From Sinorhizobium meliloti (GTDB taxonomy: Bacteria > Pseudomonadota > Alphaproteobacteria > Rhizobiales > Rhizobiaceae): DNA of 32,000 nt. The DNA is taken from assembly GCF_017876815.1 (NCBI RefSeq), contig NZ_JAGIOS010000001.1, positions 840,001 to 872,000 on the forward strand, written 5' to 3'. Positions 15,082 to 23,999 of this stretch are shown one piece after another (within the stretch, counting starts at the first letter, position 1; the number at the start of each line of letters is the position of its first letter). The translations under genes and the position numbers were made by a program. The notes beneath the pieces were generated by a model. The model did no database searches. It saw nothing but the letters and a program-made list of their open reading frames with translations, and had not been told where the DNA came from.

Positions 15082-16290
15082 CTACAGCGTATTTGACACA
15101 GATTTGCCACATGCTTTATCGGGGAGCAGGAGAAAGGCCAACTCCTCGGCCGATTTCTTGTGTTGTTCCTCACGTCCACGGATGAGATGTCCGTAGACAT
15201 TAAAGGTCACTTCGATCTTGGAATGGCCCATGGCCGTTTGAATGAACTTCAGATCGCGGCCGGTTTCGATCAGCTTCGACGCAAAGTAGTGACGTAACGC
15301 GTATGGGGTGTATTTGGGGACCACGACTTTTTTCCCGCGCCGCTTTACGGTTTTCATCAGCTTTGCCTCGCGCATGAGCGGGTCCCACGCCCCAACGCGT
15401 ATATTGGTCAGCGCCATGGGCGCTCCCGATGCCGTCGGGAATACGAGGTCTTTATCCGACGCTGGGCACTCCTTGCGCCAGGTCTTGAGCATTTCCAGTA
15501 CGATCGTGGGAAGGTAGAGCGTGCGTCGCCCTGCACGCGATTTAACCGGACCGATGTTGCCCGTTCGATCCGCCCGCTGCGTAATCTTGATGTGATCCTT
15601 GCTAACTTGGGCCCAGGCAAGACCGCGATACTCCGAAGGCCTCATACCAGTGAAGCCGGCTAGATAGATCATTGGTCTGTAGCGTGCCCAGCATTGAGCC
15701 ATAAAGTCGTTCTTGGCGGCAAGCCGGTCGGCAGCTGCGTAGATCGCACGCATCTCGTCGTCGGTCGGTATCTCGACTTCTGCTTCCTCGCTTTCATAGC
15801 GTCCGCCGCTGCGGATAGTGATGCCGGCGGCTGGATCGCTCTGGATTTTACCCTGCCGGTGCATCTCGATCATTACTGAATGAAAGGAAGAGAGTGTTCT
15901 GCGCGCAAGGTCTCGGGTCTTGTGGTCAAGGAGCCAATTCCGGAACGCCACGATGTCTGCCGGTTTCAGTTCATGTAGAGGCTTCGGCCACTCATATTCC
16001 TTCATGACGTTCGCACGGCGCTGGTATTCTTTATGCGTCTCCAGCTCGACCTTCTCGCGCCCGTCGCGACCAATCTTCTCGCAAATATCGAGCCATTTCT
16101 GGACGGCGTCAGCGACCGTAAGCTTGCCGCCAGTCGGATGCTGCATCGCGCCCAAATTCTCCGTGAAAGCGCGCGCCTCCTTCAATGTTTTGAAGGAGGC
16201 AAAAGCGCGACCGGATTTGGTTGATTTGCTGGAATACCGGACCTGATAGGTTATGCCGTTTTTACCAACACGTTTCCTTATATCTGCCAT
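15082..16290 (-). CDS. int: tyrosine-type site-specific integrase
   Basis: MADIRKRVGKNGITYQVRYSS... is an arm-binding-type N-terminus. Catalytic-region motifs are GMRPSEYRGL, YALRHYFAS and MGHSKIEVTFNVYGHL. The gene is adjacent to the tRNA fragment. Confidence 0.92.
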   Translation of the reverse strand: MADIRKRVGKNGITYQVRYSSKSTKSGRAFASFKTLKEARAFTENLGAMQHPTGGKLTVADAVQKWLDICEKIGRDGREKVELETHKEYQRRANVMKEYEWPKPLHELKPADIVAFRNWLLDHKTRDLARRTLSSFHSVMIEMHRQGKIQSDPAAGITIRSGGRYESEEAEVEIPTDDEMRAIYAAADRLAAKNDFMAQCWARYRPMIYLAGFTGMRPSEYRGLAWAQVSKDHIKITQRADRTGNIGPVKSRAGRRTLYLPTIVLEMLKTWRKECPASDKDLVFPTASGAPMALTNIRVGAWDPLMREAKLMKTVKRRGKKVVVPKYTPYALRHYFASKLIETGRDLKFIQTAMGHSKIEVTFNVYGHLIRGREEQHKKSAEELAFLLLPDKACGKSVSNTL

Positions 16291-16347
16291 GCAATATCTG
16301 TCTTTTTATTGTTATATGAAGTATAGAACAAAATAGGAACATTCAAG

Positions 16348-16590
16348 TCAAGCGTTTTTGTTAAAATCGTGCATCGCCTGTACGTGAAGGCGATTGTAAA
16401 TTTCGACCAGCGTTCCCTTCTCGATTTTCAGGGTCCCTTCGATAGGGTCTACGAAGAATGGCAGCTTGCGGTGGCCGTGGGCGTCGCGATCCGCAGCGCG
16501 CTTCATCTGGCGCTCGTTCAGCTCGACACCCATTTCGGCGAGTACCTGTCTCGCCTGCTCAAGCCCGATATAACACGGCGGCAGTTTCAT
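16348..16590 (-). CDS. small hypothetical protein (80 aa), possible DNA-binding/excision accessory protein
   Basis: ATG start, clean composition (MKLPPCYIGLEQARQVLAEMGVELNERQMKRAADRD...). Position directly upstream of int is the only functional hint. Confidence 0.5.
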   Translation of the reverse strand: MKLPPCYIGLEQARQVLAEMGVELNERQMKRAADRDAHGHRKLPFFVDPIEGTLKIEKGTLVEIYNRLHVQAMHDFNKNA

Positions 16591-16615
16591 CTCGTTGTCT
16601 CCCCCAGCCTCACCT

Positions 16616-16861
16616 TCAGAGGTTGTAATCGTCGGCCATCGACCGATAGCGGCCCTTCTTGTTTACTTTGGACACGACACGGCCCAGCTGGTCGCGGATG
16701 ACGACCCGATCTCCGAATTCATCTGTAGGATTGAGGTAGAGCGTCACGTTGCGCGAATGGCGCACACCGTATTCATCTTCAATTTGGCAAATGGCTTCAA
16801 AAATAGCTTGGCGCAAGTCGGCCATCGTGAGATCGCCGCGAACGCTAATCATAATCGACAC
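16616..16861 (-). CDS. hypothetical protein (81 aa; start uncertain)
   Basis: GTG at 16861, with alternative ATGs at 16852 and 16825. Product is ...MADLRQAIFEAICQIEDEYGVRHSRNVTLYLNPTDEFGDRVVIRDQLGRVV... An AT-rich region lies upstream. Confidence 0.5.
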   Translation of the reverse strand: MSIMISVRGDLTMADLRQAIFEAICQIEDEYGVRHSRNVTLYLNPTDEFGDRVVIRDQLGRVVSKVNKKGRYRSMADDYNL

Positions 16862-17125
16862 TTAAAAATCCATAACAATATCATCAAAATATATACTGTT
16901 ATTATAGCACGGATTTTTTCCGATCTTCAAATTCTGGTGTGATCAACGCCACGCTCTTCTCAAACTCGCGAACATCAATGCGCGGGCTTTCGATATGAAA
17001 GCTGAGGTTCGCGCCCTCTCCCCTCTTTCACTCCCGACCCCCGACATCGGTCCTTCTGCCGATGATCTGTGTGTGGGGCTCAAAGGCCCCGAATGCCGGG
17101 GCCGTGAGAATGAAAGAGAATTTCG

Positions 17126-17317
17126 ATGGCCCTTACCTACACCCTCCTGTATCTCCAGACCCGCTCTTTGTCCGAGCTTTACGTCCTGCGCGGCGCCCTG
17201 CAAAAGGCGCTTGCCGCTTGCCCACAAGGCTCGATCGAGAGCGCCGAAATCCTGCAAAGTCTCGACCATGTCCGCTGGTTGCTCGCCCTGCGCGCGCCGG
17301 GTTTCCGGCCTCGCTAA
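17126..17317 (+). CDS. small hypothetical protein (63 aa)
   Basis: MALTYTLLYLQTRSLSELYVLRGALQKALAACPQGSIESAEILQSLDHVRWLLALR resembles (from memory) small helical orphans frequent in rhizobial mobile elements. The competing overlapping ORFs are Arg/Pro/Ala-rich. Confidence 0.4.
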   Translation: MALTYTLLYLQTRSLSELYVLRGALQKALAACPQGSIESAEILQSLDHVRWLLALRAPGFRPR

Positions 17318-17399
17318 CGCGAGGAATCGGCGTGGAAACGGACTTAAACTGCCTGCTAAATAGCCCCCTCAAGGAAATTCGTTGGATGAGGAGTGAGGA

Positions 17400-17819
17400 A
17401 TGTCCAATTTCAAAGTTGAGGTGACGATGCCGGACTCTTTCCGTCGAATGATCGAGGATGGCTACGAAGTTATCCAATGGCAAAGGCCGACACATCCGGA
17501 AGTCGTTGCAGCATTTCAGGAAATGGTGAACCTGCTGGGTATGCTTTTCGCACTGAGATATTCGCCCGATCCGCATGACGGAATGTACTTCAGGGAGATG
17601 GATGACAACGCCGCCACGTTTGGCGGCGGCAGAACGCGGACTCCCGAATCGGAGGCCATTGGAAAAGGCTTCTTGGAGTTGCTCCGCGAGCTCACGGGGA
17701 CGCCCTTCTACCAGGGAATGATCGACAAAGACGTCCGCCGCGTTGACGAGCACCCGAACGCCGACCCCGGCGGCGGAATGCGCGGTCCTGATGATACAGA
17801 TGATGACGACCGGCTTTAG
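17400..17819 (+). CDS. hypothetical protein (139 aa)
   Basis: ATG is preceded by GAGGAGTGAGGA. Composition is balanced, with an acidic tail (...PDDTDDDDRL). Confidence 0.55.
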   Translation: MSNFKVEVTMPDSFRRMIEDGYEVIQWQRPTHPEVVAAFQEMVNLLGMLFALRYSPDPHDGMYFREMDDNAATFGGGRTRTPESEAIGKGFLELLRELTGTPFYQGMIDKDVRRVDEHPNADPGGGMRGPDDTDDDDRL

Positions 17820-18137
17820 GAGCCGGTCGCTATGAAACAACCAACCAGCCAGAGAGTGAGGACGGGAAGATGCGCGGGCGCGATGCCGGCCATCGCTGTG
17901 TGCTGTCTTGTCCGCCCTGCGCAAGCACGGGGGCGGACGGTAGCCTCTGCCCTTGCCTGCTGCTTTCTGACCTGGATGGCGACACGCCTGTGGGTGCAGC
18001 AGAACTGGAGGCCATCGAAGCCTATCTGATGCCACAAATCCTCCAGCTGCTGGAGAAAGTTGTCCCGCCCCTGGACTCGGAAGCGCCACATATTGCGGCA
18101 ACAAATAGAAGTGTTAGACCTGCTGAGGGGAAATGCC

Positions 18138-19750
18138 GTGAAGGCTTTGTCAAAGACCCTGCTTGACGGTACACCCCGACAGGATTTGCGCGCGGCGCTA
18201 TACCTTCGTGTTTCCACGGGGCGCCAAGCCGAAAACGACCTTTCCATACCCGATCAGAGGCGTCAGGCGACCGAGTTCTGCAAGGCGCGCGGCTGGGAGG
18301 TGGCTATCGAATTTGTCGATGCCGGATTGAGCGGCACCGACGAAAAGCGCGCCGAACTGCAAAGGCTTCTTGACCTTGCAACGAACGGCGATAGCCCTTT
18401 CGACGTGGTTGTCGTTCATTCCTTCAGCCGTTTCGCGCGCGACCACTTCGCGCTCGAAATGTTTGTCAGGAAGCTGCGAAAGCATGGCATTCGTCTGATC
18501 AGCATCACGCAGGACCTAGGCGATGATCCGATGAGCGTCATGGTCCGGCAGGTGTTTGCGTTGTTCGACGAGTATCAGTCGAAGGAGAACGCTAAACACG
18601 TCCTGCGTGCCATGAAAGAAAACGCGCGGCAGGGTTTCTGGAACGGCGCGGCGCGAAAACCAAGAAACGCCTGGCTATCGACCCCGTGGAAGCCGAAGTG
18701 ATCCGGCTTATGTTCCGGCTGCTCTCTGAGGGCGACGGAACGGGCGGACCACTCGGGGTCAAGGCGGCAACGTCGTGGCTCAACGAGCGCGGCCACCGCA
18801 CGCGCGGCGGCGCGCGCTGGGGTATCGGTCAGCTTCACAAGCTTTTGACGAGCCCGACATACAAGGGCGACTACCGCTTCAACCGCAAGGTCTGGAAGAC
18901 GAAGGAAGACAAGCCGGAAACCGAACAGGTCATGGTGCCCGTAGACCCGATCATCGAGCCCGCCGTGTTCGACGCGGTCCAGACCCGCCTGAAGGCGAGA
19001 AGCCCGAAGACCACGCCGCCGCGCGTGGTCACGGGGCCTATCCTTCTGACCGGTATTGCCACCTGCGCCAGCTGCGGCGGCGGGATGACCCTGCGTACCG
19101 GCAAGTCAGGCAGGTATCGCTATTACACCTGCGCGACCTGTGCCCAGCAGGGGAAGTCCGCCTGCAAGGGCCGGTCGATCCCGATGGACCGGCTCGACAC
19201 ACTCGTCACCGAACGGCTCGCGGAAACGCTCTTCACCGCTGACCGTGTGCGGGCGATCCTTGGCGGCCTTCTTGAACGGCAGGCGTCGCGATCCGAGGAT
19301 CACGCCCACCGCATGACCGCGCTGCAGAACAAGGTGGTCGACGCCGAAGGACGCTTGTCGCGCCTCTATCAGGCTATCGAAACCGGGGTAGCGGATTTTG
19401 CCGACCCCACGCTGAAAGACCGCGTCGCCGCGCTCAAGACCGAGCGTGATCAGGCAAAGGCCACCCTCGATCGGGCCTTTGCCGAGCTTCGTCCCGAAAC
19501 GCGGATCACCGAAGAAAAGATCGCGTCTTTTGCAAGCCTGATGCGGGAGAACGTCAAGAACGGACCAGTACCCTTCCGCCGCGCCTATCTGCGCGCCGTC
19601 ATCGACCAAGTCGAAGTCGATGACGCGGAAATCCGTATCCACGGGCGGCGCGACGTTTTGGAAAGGCTGGTGATGGGTGGCGGGGCGGCTCCGGCAGGAG
19701 TGCCCAGTTTTGTTCGCAAATGGCGCACCCGAAGAGATTCGAACTCCTGA
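18138..19750 (+). pseudogene. large serine recombinase, disrupted by a frameshift/internal deletion near 18640-18650
   Basis: GTG at 18138 has GAGGGGA upstream. The resolvase domain (ALYLRVSTGRQ...VVVHSFSRFARD...) runs in frame 1 to the stop at 18701. The recombinase domain, zinc ribbon and coiled coil (KKRLAIDPVEAEVIRLMF...CASCGGGM...YYTCATC...) continue in another frame (track ORF 18686..19750). About 10-13 residues expected between GFWNG and ERRGAKTKKRL appear to be missing. Confidence 0.8.
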
Positions 19751-19797
19751 CCCCCAGATTCGTAGTCTGGTGCTCTATCCAGCTGAGCTACGGGTGC
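19721..19797 (-). tRNA. tRNA-Arg (anticodon ACG)
   Basis: The minus strand folds as GCACCCG-TA-GCTC-AGCTGGATA-GAGC-A-CCAGA-CTACGAA-TCTGG-GGGTC-AGGAG-TTCGAAT-CTCTT-CGGGTGC-G-CCA, a complete 77-nt cloverleaf. Confidence 0.95.
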
Positions 19798-19916
19798 GTG
19801 CCTGGAAGCGGTGACCACCGCTTGCGTGGCGATCCTCTAAAGCGTCCTTTCGGCGATTGCAAGCGCCTTCGGGAAAAAATTTCATTTTTACGACGATGCC
19901 GGGAAGGGACGGAATC

Positions 19917-21437
19917 TCAGGAACGTCCCTTGGCGCGGAAGGCATCGAGCCGCACCGGGCGGTCCGGCAGTTCTATGCGAAACAGCGTGCCGGGAGTGGG
20001 CTTTTCGACAAGGGCGATCGTTCCGCCATGGGCGAGCACCAGTTCGCGGGCGATCGCCAGGCCCAGGCCCGTTCCGCCGGAGCGCGCCGAGCCGCGGAAG
20101 GCGGCGAAGAGATTTTCGCGTGCCTTGGCCGGCATGCCGGGGCCGGTGTCGTCGATCGAAATGGTCACCACGCTGCCGGTACGCACCGCGGAAACCGAGA
20201 TCCGCCGCTCGGAGCCATCCTCCGGCTTGTAATTGGCCAGCGCCTCGACCGCGTTGCGGCAGATATTGTGGACGACGCGGAACAACTGCTCGCTGTCCGC
20301 ATCGACCTCGATGTCATCGCGGACCTGTATCTCGAAATCGATACCGTCCTGGCGATCGACGGCGAGCAGTTCGGCCACGTCCTCGACCAGCGGCCGCAGC
20401 GCCAGGAAGCGCCGATGCGGCTCGGCCTCCGTCGTGCGGCCGTAGGAGAGGACTTCGCGCGTATAGCCGACGGCGCGGTCGATGGTCCGGAGCAATGTCG
20501 GTGCGAAGCGCTTGACCACGGGATCGTCGACATCGGCCAGGCGATCGGAAATGAGCTGTGCGGAGGACAGGATGTTGCGCATGTCGTGATTGATCTTGGA
20601 AACGGCAAGGCCGAGCTCGGCAAGGCTCTTCTGCTGCTTCAGGGTTCGCTGCAATTCGCGCTGCATACTCGCCAGATGCTGACCGGCGACCGCCAGTTCG
20701 TCCTTGCCTTCCGGCGGCACCAGCACGCGCTCGGGGCTCGACGGCTCGCCCGAAAATTCCTGCATGCTTTTGGTCAGCCGCCTGATCGGGAGGATCAGCA
20801 TGCGATTGATGGCGAGGAAGATCAGCGCCGCGGTGATCAGCGAGATGGCGATCGACAGGAGGAAGACGTTGCGCGAATAGACGAGCATGGCCGTGCGCAG
20901 CTTGGCGTCCTTCATCACCAGCTCGATCGTCGCATCGCCTTCGCCCAGCGGGCCATAGACGCGCACCACCCGGTTGCCGCCGAAGATGAGCGTGTCGAAG
21001 GCGTCCCGGATCGCGCCGAGAGCCGTGAAGTTGGCTATGTCGTATTCGCCGTCGATCGCGGGGGGCATGTCGACGCTGGCGATCATCCGGGAGGCATCCT
21101 TGCGGCGGATGACGATGGCCTTCGTCCCGGTCGCCATCAGCGTCTCGCGCTGCACGGCGCGGGGCAGCTCGACATTTTGAAGTCCGTCGACCACGACGGC
21201 CGCCGCCGCCACGGTGTTCAGGCGGTCCTGCAGCCAGCGAATGCGCATATTGGCGACGGAAGGCACGAAGATCAGCACTTCGGCCAACATCACGAAGGCG
21301 ACCGTCAGCAGCAGCAATTTGCCGGAAAGCCCGCCAAGAAAGCCGACCGCCGCTCGGGGTGCCGCACTCGCATTGGCCGGACGCGCGTCTTCTACCATAA
21401 AGATTCCCTGGATCACGATGACCAGACCTAAGGTCAT
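19917..21437 (-). CDS. membrane sensor histidine kinase (HAMP-HisKA-HATPase_c); no response regulator adjacent
   Basis: H-box is SKINHDMRNILSS, N-box VHNICRNAVEAL, G-boxes DDTGPGMP and GTGLGLAIARELV. There are two TM segments. The start could be 21437 or the ATG at 21398. Confidence 0.9.
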   Translation of the reverse strand: MTLGLVIVIQGIFMVEDARPANASAAPRAAVGFLGGLSGKLLLLTVAFVMLAEVLIFVPSVANMRIRWLQDRLNTVAAAAVVVDGLQNVELPRAVQRETLMATGTKAIVIRRKDASRMIASVDMPPAIDGEYDIANFTALGAIRDAFDTLIFGGNRVVRVYGPLGEGDATIELVMKDAKLRTAMLVYSRNVFLLSIAISLITAALIFLAINRMLILPIRRLTKSMQEFSGEPSSPERVLVPPEGKDELAVAGQHLASMQRELQRTLKQQKSLAELGLAVSKINHDMRNILSSAQLISDRLADVDDPVVKRFAPTLLRTIDRAVGYTREVLSYGRTTEAEPHRRFLALRPLVEDVAELLAVDRQDGIDFEIQVRDDIEVDADSEQLFRVVHNICRNAVEALANYKPEDGSERRISVSAVRTGSVVTISIDDTGPGMPAKARENLFAAFRGSARSGGTGLGLAIARELVLAHGGTIALVEKPTPGTLFRIELPDRPVRLDAFRAKGRS

Positions 21438-21467
21438 CGTGATCGATTCCTTTGTTTTGCCGCAACT

Positions 21468-21507
21468 CCGGACGGAAAACCGCTGCGCACTTTTCCTGGA
21501 ATTGCTC
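21468..21507. repeat. Intergenic repeat unit, inverted copy of 28643-28681
   Basis: ccggacggaaaaccgctgcgcacttttcctggaattgctc. Its reverse complement matches gagcatttccgggacaagcgtgtaacggttttcgtccgg at about 32 of 40 positions by eye. Confidence 0.6.
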
Positions 21508-21511
21508 TGGA

Positions 21512-22933
21512 TCAGCCGAAGTTCCGCAGGAACCGGATCGCGGTCCGCAGAAGGCGATTTCGCGCCATGGGGGAATAATAGGAGATCGCCGCCTGTTTTC
21601 CAATCTCCGAGAGCGTCGGATAGGGTGCGACATAAGTCTGGAAATGCCTGAGCGTCAGGCGGTTGGCGACGGCGAAGGCCCAGAGACCGATCATCTCTCC
21701 CGCTCCAGGGCCGGCAATGCCGGCGCCGAGAACCCGCCCGCGCCTGCCGACGACGATCTTGATCAGCCCTCGATCCAATCCGTCGGTGCGGGCGCGATCA
21801 CTCGCGGAAAAGTCCAGGCGAACGGTTCTTGCCCCCCGGGCGCTCTCCCGCGCGCGCTCCTCCGTCAGCCCCACTTGCGCCAGTTCGGGCGCGGTGAAGA
21901 TCACCTGCGGAACGATGGTCGTCCTTTCGCGCCCCGGCAGGCGGAAAAGGATCTGCTGCAGCACCAGCCGGGCGTGATAGCTCGCCTGATGCGTGAAGAG
22001 GCCGCCCGCCGCGTCTCCGACCGCATAGACGCGACGGTTGCTCGTTCTCAGGTCCGCCCCGACCTCTACGTGTTTCGGGCAATGGCGGATGCCGGCCGCA
22101 TCGAGGTCGAGCGATCCGTGATTGGGAGCACGACCGGCAGCCACCAGCAGGTCGCTCCCTTCGATCTCGAAAGGGCCGCTCTCGTTCTCGCAGATGAGCC
22201 GGATTCCCGTCTCCGTTTGCTCCGCCGAGCGGATCACCGTGCGCTCGTGCAGGAGCATGCCTTCCGCACGCAGCCCGTCGAGCACGATCGCCGCCAGCTC
22301 CGGGTCCTGACCGGAGAGAGCCGCGGCACTGTCCACGACCGTCACATCGGCGCCCAACCGCCGGTGAGCCCCGGCCATCTCGAGGCCGACCGCGCCTGCG
22401 CCGATGACGAGGAGATGGCGCGGCAAGCGTTTCAGGCCGAAGAGCGTTTCGTTGGTGAGGAACGGCGTCTCCGCAAGTCCGCGGATCGGGGGGATGGCCG
22501 GGGAGGAGCCGGTGGCGATCACGAAGCGGCGGGCGCGGATCATGCGGTCGCCGGCAGCGACCGTGCGGTCGTCTACGAAGCGGGCCGTTTCCTTGATCAC
22601 CTCGACGCCGAGGCTCGTGAAGCGCTCCGCGGAATCGTGCGGTGCAATGGCTTCGATCACGGATTGGATGCGTGCCGTCAGATGCTCATGGTCGACGATC
22701 GGTTCCGCCGAGGCAATGCCGAATTCCGCAGCCTTGCGGATCGCGTCCGCATGTTTGGCCGCTGCGATCAGAGCCTTTGACGGCACGCAGCCGTAATTCA
22801 GGCAATCGCCGCCCATCCGGCCGTGCTCGACCAGCACGACGGGCACGCCGAAAGCGGCCGCCCCGGCGGCCACGGAGAGCCCGGCGGCACCGCCGCCGAT
22901 CACGCAGATGTCGGGTGTCAGTATTTTCGCCAC
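21512..22933 (-). CDS. class I pyridine nucleotide-disulfide oxidoreductase (dihydrolipoamide dehydrogenase / mercuric reductase-like)
   Basis: FAD fold CVIGGGAAG, redox-active GGDCLNYGCVPSK and NAD fold LVIGAGAVGLE are present. The likely start is GTG at 22933 (GGAGGG 9 nt upstream) rather than the track start at 22963. Confidence 0.9.
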   Translation of the reverse strand: MAKILTPDICVIGGGAAGLSVAAGAAAFGVPVVLVEHGRMGGDCLNYGCVPSKALIAAAKHADAIRKAAEFGIASAEPIVDHEHLTARIQSVIEAIAPHDSAERFTSLGVEVIKETARFVDDRTVAAGDRMIRARRFVIATGSSPAIPPIRGLAETPFLTNETLFGLKRLPRHLLVIGAGAVGLEMAGAHRRLGADVTVVDSAAALSGQDPELAAIVLDGLRAEGMLLHERTVIRSAEQTETGIRLICENESGPFEIEGSDLLVAAGRAPNHGSLDLDAAGIRHCPKHVEVGADLRTSNRRVYAVGDAAGGLFTHQASYHARLVLQQILFRLPGRERTTIVPQVIFTAPELAQVGLTEERARESARGARTVRLDFSASDRARTDGLDRGLIKIVVGRRGRVLGAGIAGPGAGEMIGLWAFAVANRLTLRHFQTYVAPYPTLSEIGKQAAISYYSPMARNRLLRTAIRFLRNFG

Positions 22934-22955
22934 GCGGCTAGGCCCTCCGCCTCCG

Positions 22956-23756
22956 TCATGCACCTTTGCGGCGCGACTGTATTACCCTGAATGCCAGAGG
23001 CAATGCAGCAATCGATGCAAGGGCGACGAGCGCCAGCGAGATATCCCTGGTGGCGAAATCGGCAACGGTGAATTCACGGCCGCTTGCGGCAGCAAGAGCG
23101 ATCACGTCGCCGAGGCCGCGGCCGAGCCAGGTATAGGCGAGAGTGCCCGGAATAATGCCGATCAGCGTCGCGAGCGCATAGGTGCGCAGCTTCACCTCGA
23201 AGAAGGCGGGCGCGATGTTGATCAGGAAGAAAGGAAAGATCGGCGCGAGCCGCAGGATCAGGAGATAGAGGAAGGCGTTGTCCCGAAATCCATCGGCAAG
23301 GCGCTCCAGGACGCCGCCGGCACGGCGCCTCAGGATGTCGCTGAAGGCACCGCGCGCGGCGATGAACAGCAGGCAAGCCCCGAGTGTGGCGGCAAGAACC
23401 GTGATAGCCGCGCCGGCAAGGCAGCCGAAAAGGAAACCGGCGGAGATCGTCAGCACCGATGCCGCCGGTATGGAGAAGACCACCACCGCGACATAGATCG
23501 CGAAGAAGACGAGAGCCGAACTGACCGGATGGGCGGCGACATGGGCGGCGAGCGTCTCGCGCTGGTCGGCGAGCGCAGACAGCGAGACATAGTCCTGCAG
23601 GCCGTAGGCATAGCCCAGGACGCCGCCCGCAAGCAGAAGCGAAATCGGCAGGAAGCGCCAGGGAGAGCGATGCGGAACAGGCCGAAGGTCTCGCCGGCTC
23701 GACGAGGATTCGAGAGCCGGACCTTCTTCTGCCCCGTTGCTGATACCATGGCTCAT
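22956..23756 (-). CDS. TVP38/TMEM64 (DedA-related) family membrane protein
   Basis: Multi-TM protein with ...VFFAIYVAVVVFSIPAASVLTISAGFLFG...LRLAPIFPFFLINIAPA... It is co-directional with, and 22 nt upstream of, the oxidoreductase. Confidence 0.8.
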   Translation of the reverse strand: MSHGISNGAEEGPALESSSSRRDLRPVPHRSPWRFLPISLLLAGGVLGYAYGLQDYVSLSALADQRETLAAHVAAHPVSSALVFFAIYVAVVVFSIPAASVLTISAGFLFGCLAGAAITVLAATLGACLLFIAARGAFSDILRRRAGGVLERLADGFRDNAFLYLLILRLAPIFPFFLINIAPAFFEVKLRTYALATLIGIIPGTLAYTWLGRGLGDVIALAAASGREFTVADFATRDISLALVALASIAALPLAFRVIQSRRKGA

Positions 23757-23999
23757 GCGATCTGCCTTCGGTGAGATTCTGCCCCTGAATTAGAAGGAAT
23801 TCACCCCCCGAACCAATAACGAATCGTCGCGTCGACAAACGACGGCGTGACCGGGCCGCGGCGGCAAGTCACGCCGGCGTGAAAGTGCCGGCGGCGTCTC
23901 CCGAGGGAAGCTCATCTCGGAAGTGCCGCTCGCGGCGACCGGCAGATCACCGCGAGCGAAGCTGGAAATCGGACGACTGCAGCGCTGCAGCAGGCCCCC

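Larger units (their letters stand above)
1..19720. mobile_element. Composite genomic island (integrative, possibly conjugative-element-derived) abutting tRNA-Arg; left end lies outside the window
   Basis: It contains a tyrosine integrase, a large serine recombinase (disrupted), an ArdC antirestriction gene, a VirD4/TraG-like ATPase, a mazEF-type TA pair, an internal tRNA-Gly 3' fragment and many orphans. It ends precisely at the CCA end of tRNA-Arg (19721). Housekeeping genes start only to the right of the tRNA. Confidence 0.65.

Noticed and set aside
17133-18104. 323-aa minus-strand ORF
   Set aside because: It is extremely Arg/Pro/Ala/Gly-rich. It spans three better plus-strand ORFs and their intergenic regions. 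It has no RBS.
17870-18166. 98-aa plus-strand ORF upstream of the serine recombinase
   Set aside because: Only the segment LLSDLDGDTPVGAAELEAIEAYLMPQILQLLEK looks protein-like. The N-terminus is Cys/Arg-rich, the start is unclear, and the ORF overlaps the recombinase start, so it was not called.
19857-21633. 524-aa plus-strand ORF (19857..21431) and 439-aa alternative minus-frame ORF (20314..21633)
   Set aside because: They overlap the histidine kinase, whose H, N and G boxes are unambiguous in the 19917..21437 frame. The alternatives are Arg/Asp/Gly-rich with no motifs.
21452-22780. 442-aa plus-strand ORF
   Set aside because: It is antisense to the disulfide oxidoreductase, which has FAD, NAD and CxxxxC motifs.
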